Assembly (NCBI RefSeq): GCF_034670085.1
Contig: NZ_JAXMOD010000005.1
Location: forward strand, 228,449 to 292,448
From: Psychroserpens sp.
GTDB taxonomy: Bacteria > Bacteroidota > Bacteroidia > Flavobacteriales > Flavobacteriaceae
Length of the DNA stretch: 64,000 nt
Direction: 5' to 3'
Under the pieces are notes generated by a model. It saw only the letters and a program-made list of their open reading frames with translations, did no database searches and was not told the origin of the DNA. The position numbers were made by a program, and so were the translations under genes. Shown one piece after another: positions 21,505-32,210 of this stretch. Numbering within the stretch: the stretch's first letter is position 1; the number at the start of each line of letters is the position of its first letter.

Positions 21505-22521
21505 CTAGAAGTCATTCAAAACATCTAATAGACGTCTATGCATAGCATCAGTATAATCTAAATGGGTTACCATTCTAAGTTTATTGCTTCCCATGCCAAT
21601 TATATGAATGTCTTTATCTGATAACTGCTGAAGAAATTCTGCTTCATCAACATGAGATTCCAATTCAAAAATGACAATATTGGTTTCAATAAGTTCAACT
21701 TTAGAAATTATTGATAAATCTGCTAATACTGCACCAATTTCCTTAGCTTTTTTATGGTCTTCTGCTAATCGATTAATATTGTGATCTAAAGCATAAATAC
21801 CAGCTGCAGCTACATAACCGATTTGACGCATATTGCCACCTAGAATTTTTCGTACTCTTATAGCATTTTGCATTATAGCATCATCACCAATTAGCACAGA
21901 ACCAATTGGGCAACCTAAGCCTTTACTCAAACAGACAGATATGGTATCGAAAAGATCGCCATATTGCTTAGCTGACTCATTCTTAGCAACTAAGGCGTTC
22001 CAAAGCCTTGCGCCATCGAGATGATAACCTAAATTATTATCATCACAAATGGTTTTTATTTTTTTTAATTCTTCAAAATCCCAACAAGCTCCTCCTCCTT
22101 TGTTGGTTGTGTTTTCAACTTCAACTAATGTCGTTTGACTGTAATAAAAGGCATCAGGATTAATTGCTTCTTTAACTTGAGAGGCAGTAAACATACCTCT
22201 TTTGCCATCAATTAAATGGCATGAAATTCCACTATTAAAAGATGCACCACCAGCTTCATAATTATAAATATGTGCATATTTATCACAAATTACTTGTTCT
22301 CCAGGATTCGTATGCAATTTTAAGGCGGTTTGATTTGCCATACTTCCAGAAGGGAAAAATAAGGCTCTAGGTTTGCCAAACATTTCTGCAAGTCGCTCTT
22401 CTAGAGCGTTCACAGTGGGATCTTCTTTAAACACATCATCACCAACTTCAGCAGACATCATTGCATCTAACATGCCTTTTGTTGGTTTGGTAACGGTATC
22501 GCTTCTTAAATCAATAATCAT
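21505..22521 (-). CDS. ltaE: Low-specificity L-threonine aldolase (PLP)
   Basis: IDLRSDTVTKPT, GDDVFKEDPTVNALE, FFPSGSMANQ, HLDGARLWNA and CLSKGLGCPIGS (PLP lysine). Confidence 0.88.
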   Translation of the reverse strand: MIIDLRSDTVTKPTKGMLDAMMSAEVGDDVFKEDPTVNALEERLAEMFGKPRALFFPSGSMANQTALKLHTNPGEQVICDKYAHIYNYEAGGASFNSGISCHLIDGKRGMFTASQVKEAINPDAFYYSQTTLVEVENTTNKGGGACWDFEELKKIKTICDDNNLGYHLDGARLWNALVAKNESAKQYGDLFDTISVCLSKGLGCPIGSVLIGDDAIMQNAIRVRKILGGNMRQIGYVAAAGIYALDHNINRLAEDHKKAKEIGAVLADLSIISKVELIETNIVIFELESHVDEAEFLQQLSDKDIHIIGMGSNKLRMVTHLDYTDAMHRRLLDVLNDF

Positions 22522-22524
22522 AAT

Positions 22525-24927
22525 CTAATTAGAATTATAATGACATATATCACTTCCTATTGGAGAACCATCAGGGATTTTTGGAGTTTTTTCAATTTTG
22601 AATTTTTCTGGGTGTTCTTTAAATTCAGAAATCATCATTTCAAAATGCGAACTATATGGTGTTGACAGTCGTTTATCAGTCAATAAAGAATTAATTGCAT
22701 TGTTTGCTTTTACTTTAACTTGTAAAAATGATTTAGAACTTGAAGCCAAATTCATCAAATGAATCAGGACACGTTCATTAATGAGTTGTTGTACTTCATT
22801 TTTGTAAGCATCGGTAAAAGTTTTTCCAAAAGAATTAGTTATAACTTGTTGTAAAACATTTTCTAATGTCAATTGATTAGGATCTAAACTCTTTTGTTGA
22901 ACCATCCTATTTGCGCGCTCTGGATGTAACAATAAACCTAAGGTCATATCGCTAGCTGTTGCAGCCGCACTTAAAGGATCAAAAGCAACACCTGTTTGAC
23001 TTGAAAAGGACTCACGATTTCTATAATATTCAAAAGCTCTTGGTGGAAAAAGGTCTAATTTTTCTTTTGGAATTGCCAATGCATCAGCCGAAATTGTTTT
23101 AAGAATTACAGTTAAGGCATCTCGTTGTGTTTGAGCATCAATTGACTCTACTATGGTTTGTCCATCACCTTTAACAGCATAATTATAATCTAATCCACCA
23201 ACAACTTTGGCCGCAGCTTCCGTTTGGAATCTATGGAAAAAATAAAGAGGCACAAACACATCTTCTAAGACAGAAAATGGTTCATCTTCTCTAATATTAT
23301 CTTTTGAAAAATTTGAAATGGCTTTTTGTCGCACTGCCAAAACAGAATTTAATTCTTCTGAAGCCGATTTACCGTTATCCCATAAATGTGCTAAAGCATG
23401 AGCTCCTCCAGTCGCTCTTGCATCAGAATCAGAAATAAACCGATGACCAGCAATTGTTGCAGCCTTTAGAATCTTATTTAGCTCGTCTTTTTCAGTTGCG
23501 CTTTTATCAAATTCAGAATAACTATAAGCGACTGTAACTTTGTCCCAACTACCAATCCCTACAGCATAAGCATCACTCAAATCAATTTGACCATTTGTGA
23601 GTTTTACTAATGGATGCGGATAATCCATAACAGAAGCTCTTCCGTTGGTACTTGCTGCAAAATTATGTGCAAAACCAATAGTATGACCAACTTCGTGAGC
23701 ACTTAGCTGGCGAATTCGAGCTAAAGCCATGTCTAACATAGGTTTATAATTGTCATCGCGCTCTGCAAAAGGTTTGTTTAATAATGCCTGAGCAATCATA
23801 AAATCTTGACGAATTCTCAAACTACCTAAACTCACATGACCTTTAATGATTTCTCCTGTTCTAGGATCGATAACACTTCCACCATAACTCCATCCTCTTG
23901 TAGAGCGATGTACCCATTGAATGACATTATAACGACAATCCATAGGATCAGCATCTGCAGGCAACATTTTCACCTGATAAGCATCTTTAAATCCGATTGC
24001 TTCGTAAGCTTGATTCCACCATCGCGCTCCTTCTAAAAGCGCAGAACGAACAGGCTCCGGAGTTCCTGGGTCGAGATAATAAATGATTGGTTCTTTAGCT
24101 TCACTAACTTTAGCGTTAGGATTTTTCTTTTCTAAGCGATGACGAATGATATAACGCTTTCTAATTGGTTCTTGTATTGGTGTTGCATAATCTAAAAACG
24201 ACATTGAAATTGCTCCACTTCGTACATCAAACTCACGCATGTTGTAGCCATCATCTGGTAATTCAATAAAACTATGGTGCTGAATTACACTCACTAAAGA
24301 CGCTGTAGGAACTACAGTTCTAATATTTCTACCAGTTGGTTGTCCACTAAAAGTCAATAACGCTTCAAACTCAACATTTTTAGGAAACGCTTTTGTCTGT
24401 TCAAGTGATAATGCACTTTTAGAAGCATCTAATTTATAATTTCCTTCTTTGCTTCGTTTTAATGTTGTTGCTACACCATGTGCATCTTCTAACAAAAACG
24501 GTGTTAAATCAATAATATAATTTCCATTGCTTTCTTCAACAATATTGAATCCGAACAAAACCGATTTAGCAAAAGCCTGTTCAATACTTTTCTTTTCAAG
24601 TGCGTTGTCTGTAATAGCTCTATAATTTTGATTAGGTTGAATCAGTAATAATTTATGTCCTGCTTTTTGGAATTTCACAATGCGTTCTCTCCCTAATTGA
24701 CCTCTATCTAAGCCGATATCGTTAGAGCCAACTCCTGTGGCTAAAGAATTAACATATAAGAATTCTTTGTTTAAATCTTTCACCTCTAGATAAATTTTAT
24801 CCTGAGCTTCCTCATAATAAAAATCAAAAAGTCCCTTAAAACTTTCGAGTTCCTTAGTGTCTAATACTTGTGAGAATAATGGTGAAATTGAAAGACATAA
24901 AACGATGTAAAGTAGCTGTTTTTTCAT
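22525..24927 (-). CDS. Large secreted zinc metalloprotease (DUF5117/DUF4953-type)
   Basis: Signal peptide; zincin motif HEVGHTIGFAHNF followed by SVMDYP; 800 aa. It ends 4 nt before the start of the threonine aldolase gene. Confidence 0.8.
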   Translation of the reverse strand: MKKQLLYIVLCLSISPLFSQVLDTKELESFKGLFDFYYEEAQDKIYLEVKDLNKEFLYVNSLATGVGSNDIGLDRGQLGRERIVKFQKAGHKLLLIQPNQNYRAITDNALEKKSIEQAFAKSVLFGFNIVEESNGNYIIDLTPFLLEDAHGVATTLKRSKEGNYKLDASKSALSLEQTKAFPKNVEFEALLTFSGQPTGRNIRTVVPTASLVSVIQHHSFIELPDDGYNMREFDVRSGAISMSFLDYATPIQEPIRKRYIIRHRLEKKNPNAKVSEAKEPIIYYLDPGTPEPVRSALLEGARWWNQAYEAIGFKDAYQVKMLPADADPMDCRYNVIQWVHRSTRGWSYGGSVIDPRTGEIIKGHVSLGSLRIRQDFMIAQALLNKPFAERDDNYKPMLDMALARIRQLSAHEVGHTIGFAHNFAASTNGRASVMDYPHPLVKLTNGQIDLSDAYAVGIGSWDKVTVAYSYSEFDKSATEKDELNKILKAATIAGHRFISDSDARATGGAHALAHLWDNGKSASEELNSVLAVRQKAISNFSKDNIREDEPFSVLEDVFVPLYFFHRFQTEAAAKVVGGLDYNYAVKGDGQTIVESIDAQTQRDALTVILKTISADALAIPKEKLDLFPPRAFEYYRNRESFSSQTGVAFDPLSAAATASDMTLGLLLHPERANRMVQQKSLDPNQLTLENVLQQVITNSFGKTFTDAYKNEVQQLINERVLIHLMNLASSSKSFLQVKVKANNAINSLLTDKRLSTPYSSHFEMMISEFKEHPEKFKIEKTPKIPDGSPIGSDICHYNSN

Positions 24928-25096
24928 TTTGAATAATTAGTGTATAAAACTACATAATTTATACGAATTGATAATTGTGACACTAAGAAATAAAATGTGT
25001 CTAATAATTAAGTAACGTGTAAATTAAGTGATGAATTTTAGTTTGCATTAATCCCTGTAAATCCTGAAATCCTTTTTTAAAAGATTTAAGATAGCT

Positions 25097-25723
25097 TTGA
25101 TTTTTATCGGAAGTGGAAATTTGAAACCAATTTTAGATGGATTTCTAACACGACTATATTCCAAAACAAATTTCATTGGTTTAGAAGCTTCCCCTCATAA
25201 ATTAAAGGTTTCAGATTCATCCATCGATATAGCAATAAGACCCTTTGAAACTTCTGATATCAATGCTCTCAATGAAAAATTTAGACACTCTCGTTTGGTT
25301 GAAGAGCAAATTCCAAGATGTTATGTAGCTACCAACAAAAAAAAGAAAACCGTGTACAGACAATGGTTGTTTACTCATAAATCTCAACAACAAGTTATCA
25401 ATTATTTTGGTCCAGTTTTCCCTGAATTAGACAAAAACGAAGCAATAATTGAAGGTGTTTTTACACATCCAGATTATAGAGGATTGCGTATTATGTCTAA
25501 GGCTATGCCTAAAATAATAAAACAACAGCAATACAAGAATATTAAAAGAGTTATAGCTTTTGTTAATGAACGAAATATATCAAGCCTTAAGGGATTTAAT
25601 AGAATTGGTTTTAGCCCTTATTGTATAAGAATTGAGGTCTGGTTTCTATTTAGTAGAAAAGTGTCTTTTATTCAAATGACAGATTCGCTTGAAAAAAAAT
25701 ATTTGGAGTCAATTAAAACATAA
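25097..25723 (+). CDS. GNAT-family acetyltransferase-like protein (start uncertain)
   Basis: IAIRPFETSDINAL..., VFTHPDYRGLRIMSKAM (acetyl-CoA-binding-loop-like) and NISSLKGFNRIGFSP. The only upstream start in frame is a TTG. Confidence 0.55.
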   Translation: MIFIGSGNLKPILDGFLTRLYSKTNFIGLEASPHKLKVSDSSIDIAIRPFETSDINALNEKFRHSRLVEEQIPRCYVATNKKKKTVYRQWLFTHKSQQQVINYFGPVFPELDKNEAIIEGVFTHPDYRGLRIMSKAMPKIIKQQQYKNIKRVIAFVNERNISSLKGFNRIGFSPYCIRIEVWFLFSRKVSFIQMTDSLEKKYLESIKT

Positions 25724-25781
25724 TTCCGTTTTAGTTTTTTCTAATTGATATATATCTTATTTTCGTTTAAAATTTCAAACT

Positions 25782-26892
25782 ATGATTACTTCAGATCAAA
25801 TTAAAGATCTCAATACACGCCTTGATAAACTAAGGCACTATCTTTGACATAGATGCCAAATTAATTGAAATTTCTAACGAGGAAGAGCAAACTTTTGATC
25901 CTAATTTCTGGAACGATTCAAAGCAAGCAGAATTGATTATGAAATCAATTCGCGAAAAAAAGAGTTGGGTTGAAGATTATAAATCTGGTGTTACCTTACT
26001 AGAAGATCTTGAAGTCATTTACGAGTTTTATAAAGAGGAAGAAGCAACAGCAGTGGATGTTGAAAACAGGTATCAAAAAGCATTACTTCTAATTGAAAAA
26101 TTAGAGTTCAAAAATATGTTGTCTGATGAAGGTGATAGTTTGAGTGCTGTACTTCAAATTACTGCAGGAGCTGGAGGTACTGAATCTTGCGATTGGGCAA
26201 GTATGCTAATGCGAATGTATTTAATGTATGCTGAAAAGAGCGGATTTAAAGTTAAAGAACTCAACTTTCAAGAAGGTGATGTCGCTGGAATAAAAACGGT
26301 GACCTTAGAAATTGAAGGAGATTACGCCTTTGGTTGGCTTAAAGGTGAAAACGGAGTACATCGTTTGGTTAGAATTTCTCCATTTGATAGTAATGCCAAA
26401 CGACATACAAGTTTTGCTTCAGTTTATGTGTACCCATTAGTTGATGATACTATAGAAATTGATATCAATCCTGCAGATATTGAAATCACAACAGCTCGTT
26501 CAAGTGGTGCTGGTGGACAAAATGTGAATAAGGTTGAAACAAAAGTCCAGTTGACACATAAGCCTTCAGGAATACAAATTTCATGTTCCGAAACACGATC
26601 ACAACATGACAACCGTTCTCGTGCCTTGCAAATGCTTAAATCTCAGTTATACGAAATTGAATTGCAAAAACAAATGGCACAGCGTGATGATATTGAAGCT
26701 GGAAAAATGAAGATTGAATGGGGAAGTCAAATAAGAAACTATGTCATGCACCCTTATAAATTAGTAAAAGATGTAAGGTCTGCTCACGAAACAGGAAATG
26801 TAGATGCTGTCATGGATGGTGATTTAGAACCATTTTTGAAGGCATATTTAATGATGATGGGACAAAAAGAAGAAGATTTAAATCAATTATAA
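25782..26892 (+). CDS. prfB: Peptide chain release factor 2, with programmed +1 ribosomal frameshift at CTT TGA C (25842-25848)
   Basis: Frame 0 reads [21 protein letters not shown] then TGA at 25845-25847. The +1 frame continues with [13 protein letters not shown]... into the listed ORF (25846 is in frame with 25933). It has the RF2 SPF motif (RISPFDS) and GGQ ([11 protein letters not shown]). Confidence 0.93.
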
Positions 26893-26897
26893 AAATT

Positions 26898-27242
26898 ATG
26901 ATTACAATATATCACAATCCACGATGCAGTAAATCTAGAGAAGGTCTTCAGGTTTTGGAAGATTCTGGCAAGAATTTTGAGATTGTTAAATATCTAGATG
27001 AACCAATTTCAGAAGCAACACTAAAAGAGATTATAAATTTATTAGGAATTAAACCAATAGAATTAGTCAGAAAAAATGAAGCCATTTGGAAATCTGAGTA
27101 TAAAGGAAAAGATTTGGTAGATGACAACATCATTTCTGCGATGGTAAAACATCCAAAACTTATTGAACGTCCTATAGTTGTTGCTAATAAAAAGGCTGTG
27201 ATTGGTAGACCAGTAGACAACATAAAATCGCTCATCGAATAA
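26898..27242 (+). CDS. ArsC/Spx-family reductase-like protein (YffB-type)
   Basis: MITIYHNPRCSKSREGLQVLE... and HPKLIERPIV in a 114-aa protein. It starts 5 nt after prfB. Confidence 0.8.
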   Translation: MITIYHNPRCSKSREGLQVLEDSGKNFEIVKYLDEPISEATLKEIINLLGIKPIELVRKNEAIWKSEYKGKDLVDDNIISAMVKHPKLIERPIVVANKKAVIGRPVDNIKSLIE

Positions 27243-27255
27243 TTATAACACTAGT

Positions 27256-27678
27256 ATGAAAACTTATTTTTTTTTAGGACTTACCCTTATCCTTTTTAGT
27301 TTTAATGTTGTGGCTCAATCACAAACTAAAGAAGAAAATGAAAGGATTAGAATGGAACGCAAAATTGAAGAACAAAAAACAGAATTCATTACCAATATTG
27401 TCGCTAGTTTTTTTGAGTTAGATGATTTTCAAAGACATATTCTTAAACAGCGACTACATTCTTATTATGATGAGCTTTTAAAAATAAATGTTTTGAACAT
27501 TCAATCATTTGAAAAAGCAACCTTAATAAATGACTTAGATTATAGTCATTTTAAAGATTTTGAAGAAATGTTAGGTCGCGAATTTATCGACAAACTATTA
27601 GAGAAAGCTAAAGGAAAAGACAATTCAGCTCAAAAAAAGAAGAAGAAAAAAAAGAAACGAAAGAAAGGAGACAACTAA
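27256..27678 (+). CDS. Secreted helical protein of unknown function with a poly-lysine C-terminus
   Basis: Signal peptide MKTYFFLGLTLILFSFNVVA-Q. The tail AQKKKKKKKKRKKGDN is encoded by an A-rich run. Confidence 0.6.
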   Translation: MKTYFFLGLTLILFSFNVVAQSQTKEENERIRMERKIEEQKTEFITNIVASFFELDDFQRHILKQRLHSYYDELLKINVLNIQSFEKATLINDLDYSHFKDFEEMLGREFIDKLLEKAKGKDNSAQKKKKKKKKRKKGDN

Positions 27679-27819
27679 GTCTTTTTGTCAATGATTTATT
27701 GAACTGAATTGTATAGATTGATTCTATTTAATTTGTTTAACAAAAGATTAACCGTAACCAACCGCAAGTAGTTTTATTTTTGCACATCTAAAATTGCAAA
27801 CCATCACATTTAGGTTACC

Positions 27820-30279
27820 ATGAAAATAAAACTGACTCTACTCCTCTTTCTAATTACCATCTTTAGTTTTGCTCAAAACCAAATTTCAATTACAGGTAAA
27901 GTTATTGATGCGGATGAAAATTTTCCTTTAGAATACGCAACCATTTCTTTTATTAATAAAGCAGAAAACACCATTGTAACAGGTGGTATTACTGATATTG
28001 ATGGAAAGTTCGAAATTGAAGTCCCTATAGGAACTTATGATGTTAAAATTGAGTACTTATCGTATAAAACAAAAACATATTCTGATAAGTTACTTGATAA
28101 AACAATGGACTTGGGAACCGTAAGTATGTCTCTAAATCTTGAAGCCCTAGATGCTGTAGAAATTATAGCAGAACGAACAACGGCTGAGATTAAGCTTGAT
28201 AAAAAAGTATATACCATTGGTAAAGATTTGACGGTTCGTGGCGGAACTGTTAGTGATGTTTTAGATAATGTACCTTCTGTTTCGGTTGATGTTGAAGGAA
28301 ATGTGGCCTTACGTGGTAATGATGATGTTAGAATATTAATTAATGGTAAACCTTCAGGATTGGTTGGTTTAAATTCCACTGAAGCTTTACGTCAGTTGCC
28401 TGCAGATGCGATTGAGCGTGTTGAAGTGATAACGTCTCCTTCAGCTAGATACGATGCTGAAGGAACAGCTGGTATATTAAACATTATTTTAAGACGAAGT
28501 AAACTACAAGGCCTTAATGGAGCCATAACTGTTAATGCTGGATATCCCACTCAAGCAGGTATTTCTGGAAACGTTAACTATAGGACTGGTGATTTTAACT
28601 TTTTTAATACAACGAGTTATAATTATCGATCAGTTCCAGGAAATGCTTATGCAAATTCTGAATTTATTCCTTCTGGTGACAGACTAGAGGAAACAAGAAA
28701 ATTTGATCGTCAGCGAAAAGGTATCAGTACAAATTTTGGTGTTGAATGGTATATTAATGATTCGGCTTCATTGACTACTTCAATTCAATTTCGTGATAGC
28801 AATAACGAGCAAGAAAGCACTAATAGAATTGTAGAGTTTGAAAATTCTACCAATACAACAACCTTTAGAAGTCGTTTTGATCCAGAATTTGAAGATGATA
28901 GAACTATTCAGTATTCGGTAAATTTTGACAAACAATTTGGTGATAATTCAGACCATCGGTTTACCGCCAATTTTCAATATGAATCGAGTTCTGAGTTAGA
29001 AGCATCGGTAATTCAACAGGATGCGATTGAAGTTGAGGATGTTACTACAGATGAAAATCAAGATCGTATTTTTTTACAAAGTGATTATGTTTTGCCAATA
29101 GGAGAAGTTAGTCAATTTGAATTTGGATACCAAGGACGTTTCCTTAATCTAGATACAGATTATGAAATATTTTTGAGAGACAATGATACAGGTTTGTTTG
29201 AACTTAGTACAGGTTTAAGTAACAATTTACTTTATAGAGAATATGTTAATGGCTTCTACACCCAATTTGGAAGCAAAATTAAATCTAAGTTTAGCTACCT
29301 TTTAGGATTGCGATTTGAAGATACTAGAATCAGTATTGATCAACAAACAACAAATCAATTTGCTAAAAAAGATTATGTAAACTTCTTCCCGACTGTAAAT
29401 TTGTCTTACGAGCTTAGTGAAGATGAAAATATTACGCTTGGATATAACCGTCGTATTAGAAGACCTCGTTCACGTTTTATAAATCCGTTTCCTTCACGTA
29501 GTTCTGCAACGAGTTTATTTCAAGGGAATCCGGATTTAGATCCGAGTTTTTCAAATACATTTGATTTAGGTTACTATAGAAGATTCAGTAAAAAAGTAAC
29601 ATTAAACACATCCATATATTTCCAACGAACAACAGATGCGTTTAATATTATTAATATTGGAACTGATAATTATTTCAATTTTGATACCAATGAGATTATT
29701 AATGTAAACGACCCTGAATTTGCTGCACAAGAAGAATTTTTGGTTCAGATTTTACAACGATCACCTATTAATTTAGCAATAAACGATCGATATGGTTTTG
29801 AATTCACTCTTACGTATAGACCTACAAAAAAATGGAATATAAACGGAAACTTTAATATGTTTCAATCTATTACAGAAGGTATATATGAAGGCACAGATTT
29901 TGGTGCCGAAAACTTTAGCTGGTTTGTACGCTTAAATAACAAATACACACTTCCTGGAAATATAGACTGGCAAACGCGAATGAATTACAGAGGACCAAGA
30001 GTAGATGCGCAAAATAAAAGTCAAGGCATCTTTTCAACAGATTTGGCATTCAGTAAAGATGTATTTAAAGATCGTGCTTCAATTGCGATTAATGTAAGTG
30101 ATTTGTTTAATTCTAGAAAAAGAATAAGTAAAACTACTACTCCAACTTTTATTTCTGATAGTGAATTTCAATGGAGAGAACGTACATTTAATCTATCGTT
30201 TACTTACCGTTTCAATCAAAAGAAAAAGAATGATCGTTCTGGCAGAGGAAATGGTGATGATTTTGATTTTGAAGGCTAA
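27820..30279 (+). CDS. TonB-dependent receptor-like outer-membrane beta-barrel protein (CarboxypepD_reg N-domain)
   Basis: Signal peptide; ISITGKVIDADENFPLEYATISF...GTYDVKIEYLSYKT; plug VITSPSARYDAEGTAGILNIIL; C-terminal beta-strand pattern ending RTFNLSFTYRF plus a basic/acidic tail. Confidence 0.85.
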   Translation: MKIKLTLLLFLITIFSFAQNQISITGKVIDADENFPLEYATISFINKAENTIVTGGITDIDGKFEIEVPIGTYDVKIEYLSYKTKTYSDKLLDKTMDLGTVSMSLNLEALDAVEIIAERTTAEIKLDKKVYTIGKDLTVRGGTVSDVLDNVPSVSVDVEGNVALRGNDDVRILINGKPSGLVGLNSTEALRQLPADAIERVEVITSPSARYDAEGTAGILNIILRRSKLQGLNGAITVNAGYPTQAGISGNVNYRTGDFNFFNTTSYNYRSVPGNAYANSEFIPSGDRLEETRKFDRQRKGISTNFGVEWYINDSASLTTSIQFRDSNNEQESTNRIVEFENSTNTTTFRSRFDPEFEDDRTIQYSVNFDKQFGDNSDHRFTANFQYESSSELEASVIQQDAIEVEDVTTDENQDRIFLQSDYVLPIGEVSQFEFGYQGRFLNLDTDYEIFLRDNDTGLFELSTGLSNNLLYREYVNGFYTQFGSKIKSKFSYLLGLRFEDTRISIDQQTTNQFAKKDYVNFFPTVNLSYELSEDENITLGYNRRIRRPRSRFINPFPSRSSATSLFQGNPDLDPSFSNTFDLGYYRRFSKKVTLNTSIYFQRTTDAFNIINIGTDNYFNFDTNEIINVNDPEFAAQEEFLVQILQRSPINLAINDRYGFEFTLTYRPTKKWNINGNFNMFQSITEGIYEGTDFGAENFSWFVRLNNKYTLPGNIDWQTRMNYRGPRVDAQNKSQGIFSTDLAFSKDVFKDRASIAINVSDLFNSRKRISKTTTPTFISDSEFQWRERTFNLSFTYRFNQKKKNDRSGRGNGDDFDFEG

Positions 30280-30304
30280 GGAATAAGAATCAAACGATTA
30301 CAAA

Positions 30305-30341
30305 TAAAAAAAGGAAACCTAAAATGGTTTCCTTTTTTTTT
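30305..30341. terminator. Bidirectional intrinsic terminator
   Basis: aaaaaa + aggaaacc taaaat ggtttcct + ttttttt. Confidence 0.85.
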
Positions 30342-30359
30342 ATCTTTTTAAACTAAAGT

Positions 30360-30539
30360 CTAGCTGTTAGCAGCACGTTTAGCTTTCTTTTCTTCTTTCA
30401 TTTCTTTTAATCGCTCCATTAACGATCCGCCAATCCAATAAGGAACTACAAATGTGATTAAAAATATCATTAACCAAAAACCTATAGTTAAAATGGTTAA
30501 AAACGCTAAAAATCCTAAATATTGGTCAAATTCAAACAT
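30360..30539 (-). CDS. Possible 59-aa membrane protein (unlisted ORF)
   Basis: Minus ORF MFEFDQYLGFLAFLTILTIGFWLMIFLITFVVPYWIGGSLMERLKEMKEEKKAKRAANS. It has one or two TM helices and a basic tail, sits just below the track cutoff, and ends 19 nt from the terminator. Confidence 0.45.
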   Translation of the reverse strand: MFEFDQYLGFLAFLTILTIGFWLMIFLITFVVPYWIGGSLMERLKEMKEEKKAKRAANS

Positions 30540-30762
30540 GTGGTTTTTTTTTGTTAAGGCAAAGATATAATAATCCGAATTGTTTTACAATAGTTTATTT
30601 GGGTTTTATTAACAGGATATTAAAAGAAATCGAAATAGACCTCAGGTTTAAACAATTCATGAATTGAACACAATAAGATAAATACCATTGGTAAAGTTGA
30701 ATTTGTTAATATATAATGAAAAATTAAAGTTATAATCACTAAGCAATTATTCCCCAAAATCT

Positions 30763-30770
30763 TAACTTTG
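30763..30770 (+). promoter_or_regulatory. Bacteroidota -7 promoter box (TAACTTTG) for fumC
   Basis: Exact TAnnTTTG match about 28 nt upstream of the ATG at 30798. It overlaps the TTG start proposed by the ORF track, so that start is unlikely. Confidence 0.4.
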
Positions 30771-30797
30771 TTTTACTATAAAATGACAAAATATCTC

Positions 30798-32195
30798 ATG
30801 AAATTTAGAATAGAAAAAGACACAATGGGTAATGTAAATGTACCTGCTGATAAACTTTGGGGAGCACAAACTGAACGCTCTCGAAATAACTTTAAAATTG
30901 GTGCTCCAGCATCTATGCCGTTAGAAATTGTTTACGGCTTTGCTTATCTTAAAAAAGCTGCTGCTTATACTAATGCTGATTTAGGTGTTTTAGACACTGA
31001 TAAGCGTGATTTAATAGGTAAAGTTTGTGATGAAATTTTGCAAGGTCAACATGACGATCAGTTTCCATTGGTTATTTGGCAAACAGGTTCTGGTACACAA
31101 AGTAATATGAATGTGAATGAGGTCATTGCTAATAGGGCGCATCAAATTGCAGGTAAAGTTATTGGTGAAGGTGATAAAACTATTCAACCCAATGATGATG
31201 TGAACAAATCACAATCTTCTAACGATACATTTCCAACAGGAATGCATATTGCTATTTATAAAAAAGTAGTTGAAACAACTATCTCTGGAGTTATACAATT
31301 AAGAAATACGCTACATGAGAAATCGTTGAAATATATGGATGTTGTAAAAATTGGTCGCACACACTTAATGGATGCAACACCTTTAACACTTGGACAAGAA
31401 TTTTCAGGTTATGTGTCCCAATTAGACCATGGTTTGATCGCTTTAGAAAACACGCTTCCTCATCTATCCGAATTGGCACTTGGTGGAACTGCAGTAGGAA
31501 CAGGTTTAAACACACCAGATGGGTATAGTGAATTAGTTGCTGACTATATTGCAAAATTCACCGGATTGCCTTTTGTTTCGGCAGATAATAAATTTGAAGC
31601 GCTTGCAGCTCATGATGCTCTAGTTGAAACTCATGGAGCATTAAAACAATTAGCGGTTTCTCTAAATAAAATTGCAAACGATATCCGAATGATGGCTTCT
31701 GGACCTAGAAGTGGCATTGGTGAAATTATTATTCCTGCTAATGAACCAGGTAGTTCAATTATGCCTGGAAAAGTTAATCCTACACAATGTGAAGCACTTA
31801 CCATGGTATGCGCTCAAGTTATGGGTAATGATGTTGCAGTTACAGTTGGAGGAACTCAAGGTCATTATGAGTTAAATGTATTTAAACCTATGATGGCAGC
31901 TAACGTATTGCAATCTGCGCAATTAATTGGTGATGCATGTGTAAGTTTTGAAGAGCATTGCGCTTCTGGAATTGAACCAAATCATGATGTTATAAAGCAA
32001 CTTTTAAATAACTCGTTAATGCTCGTTACGGCCTTAAACACTAAAATTGGTTATTATAAAGCCGCAGAAATTGCCAATACTGCACATAAAAATGGTACGA
32101 CTTTAAAAGTAGAAGCTATTAACCTTGGTTATGTAACTGCTGAAGAATATGATGAATGGGTTAAACCAGAAAATATGGTTGGTTCACTAAAATAA
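30798..32195 (+). CDS. fumC: Class II fumarate hydratase
   Basis: [28 protein letters not shown] aligns with the FumC N-terminus as I remember it. It also has [16 protein letters not shown] (fumarate lyase signature) and QSSNDTFPT. Confidence 0.93.
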   Translation: MKFRIEKDTMGNVNVPADKLWGAQTERSRNNFKIGAPASMPLEIVYGFAYLKKAAAYTNADLGVLDTDKRDLIGKVCDEILQGQHDDQFPLVIWQTGSGTQSNMNVNEVIANRAHQIAGKVIGEGDKTIQPNDDVNKSQSSNDTFPTGMHIAIYKKVVETTISGVIQLRNTLHEKSLKYMDVVKIGRTHLMDATPLTLGQEFSGYVSQLDHGLIALENTLPHLSELALGGTAVGTGLNTPDGYSELVADYIAKFTGLPFVSADNKFEALAAHDALVETHGALKQLAVSLNKIANDIRMMASGPRSGIGEIIIPANEPGSSIMPGKVNPTQCEALTMVCAQVMGNDVAVTVGGTQGHYELNVFKPMMAANVLQSAQLIGDACVSFEEHCASGIEPNHDVIKQLLNNSLMLVTALNTKIGYYKAAEIANTAHKNGTTLKVEAINLGYVTAEEYDEWVKPENMVGSLK

Positions 32196-32210
32196 ATAAA
32201 ATTAAATACT

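Noticed and set aside
30768-30797. TTG-initiated N-terminal extension of fumC ([10 protein letters not shown]...). The TTG extensions at 2659 (acyl-CoA reductase), 33954 (hutI) and 36275 (hutG-like) are similar.
   Set aside because: TAnnTTTG promoter boxes fall inside the fumC extension (30763-30770) and the acyl-CoA reductase extension (2664-2671). For fumC, the homologous protein N-terminus as I remember it also aligns with the downstream ATG. For hutI and the hutG-like gene I simply preferred the first in-frame ATG.
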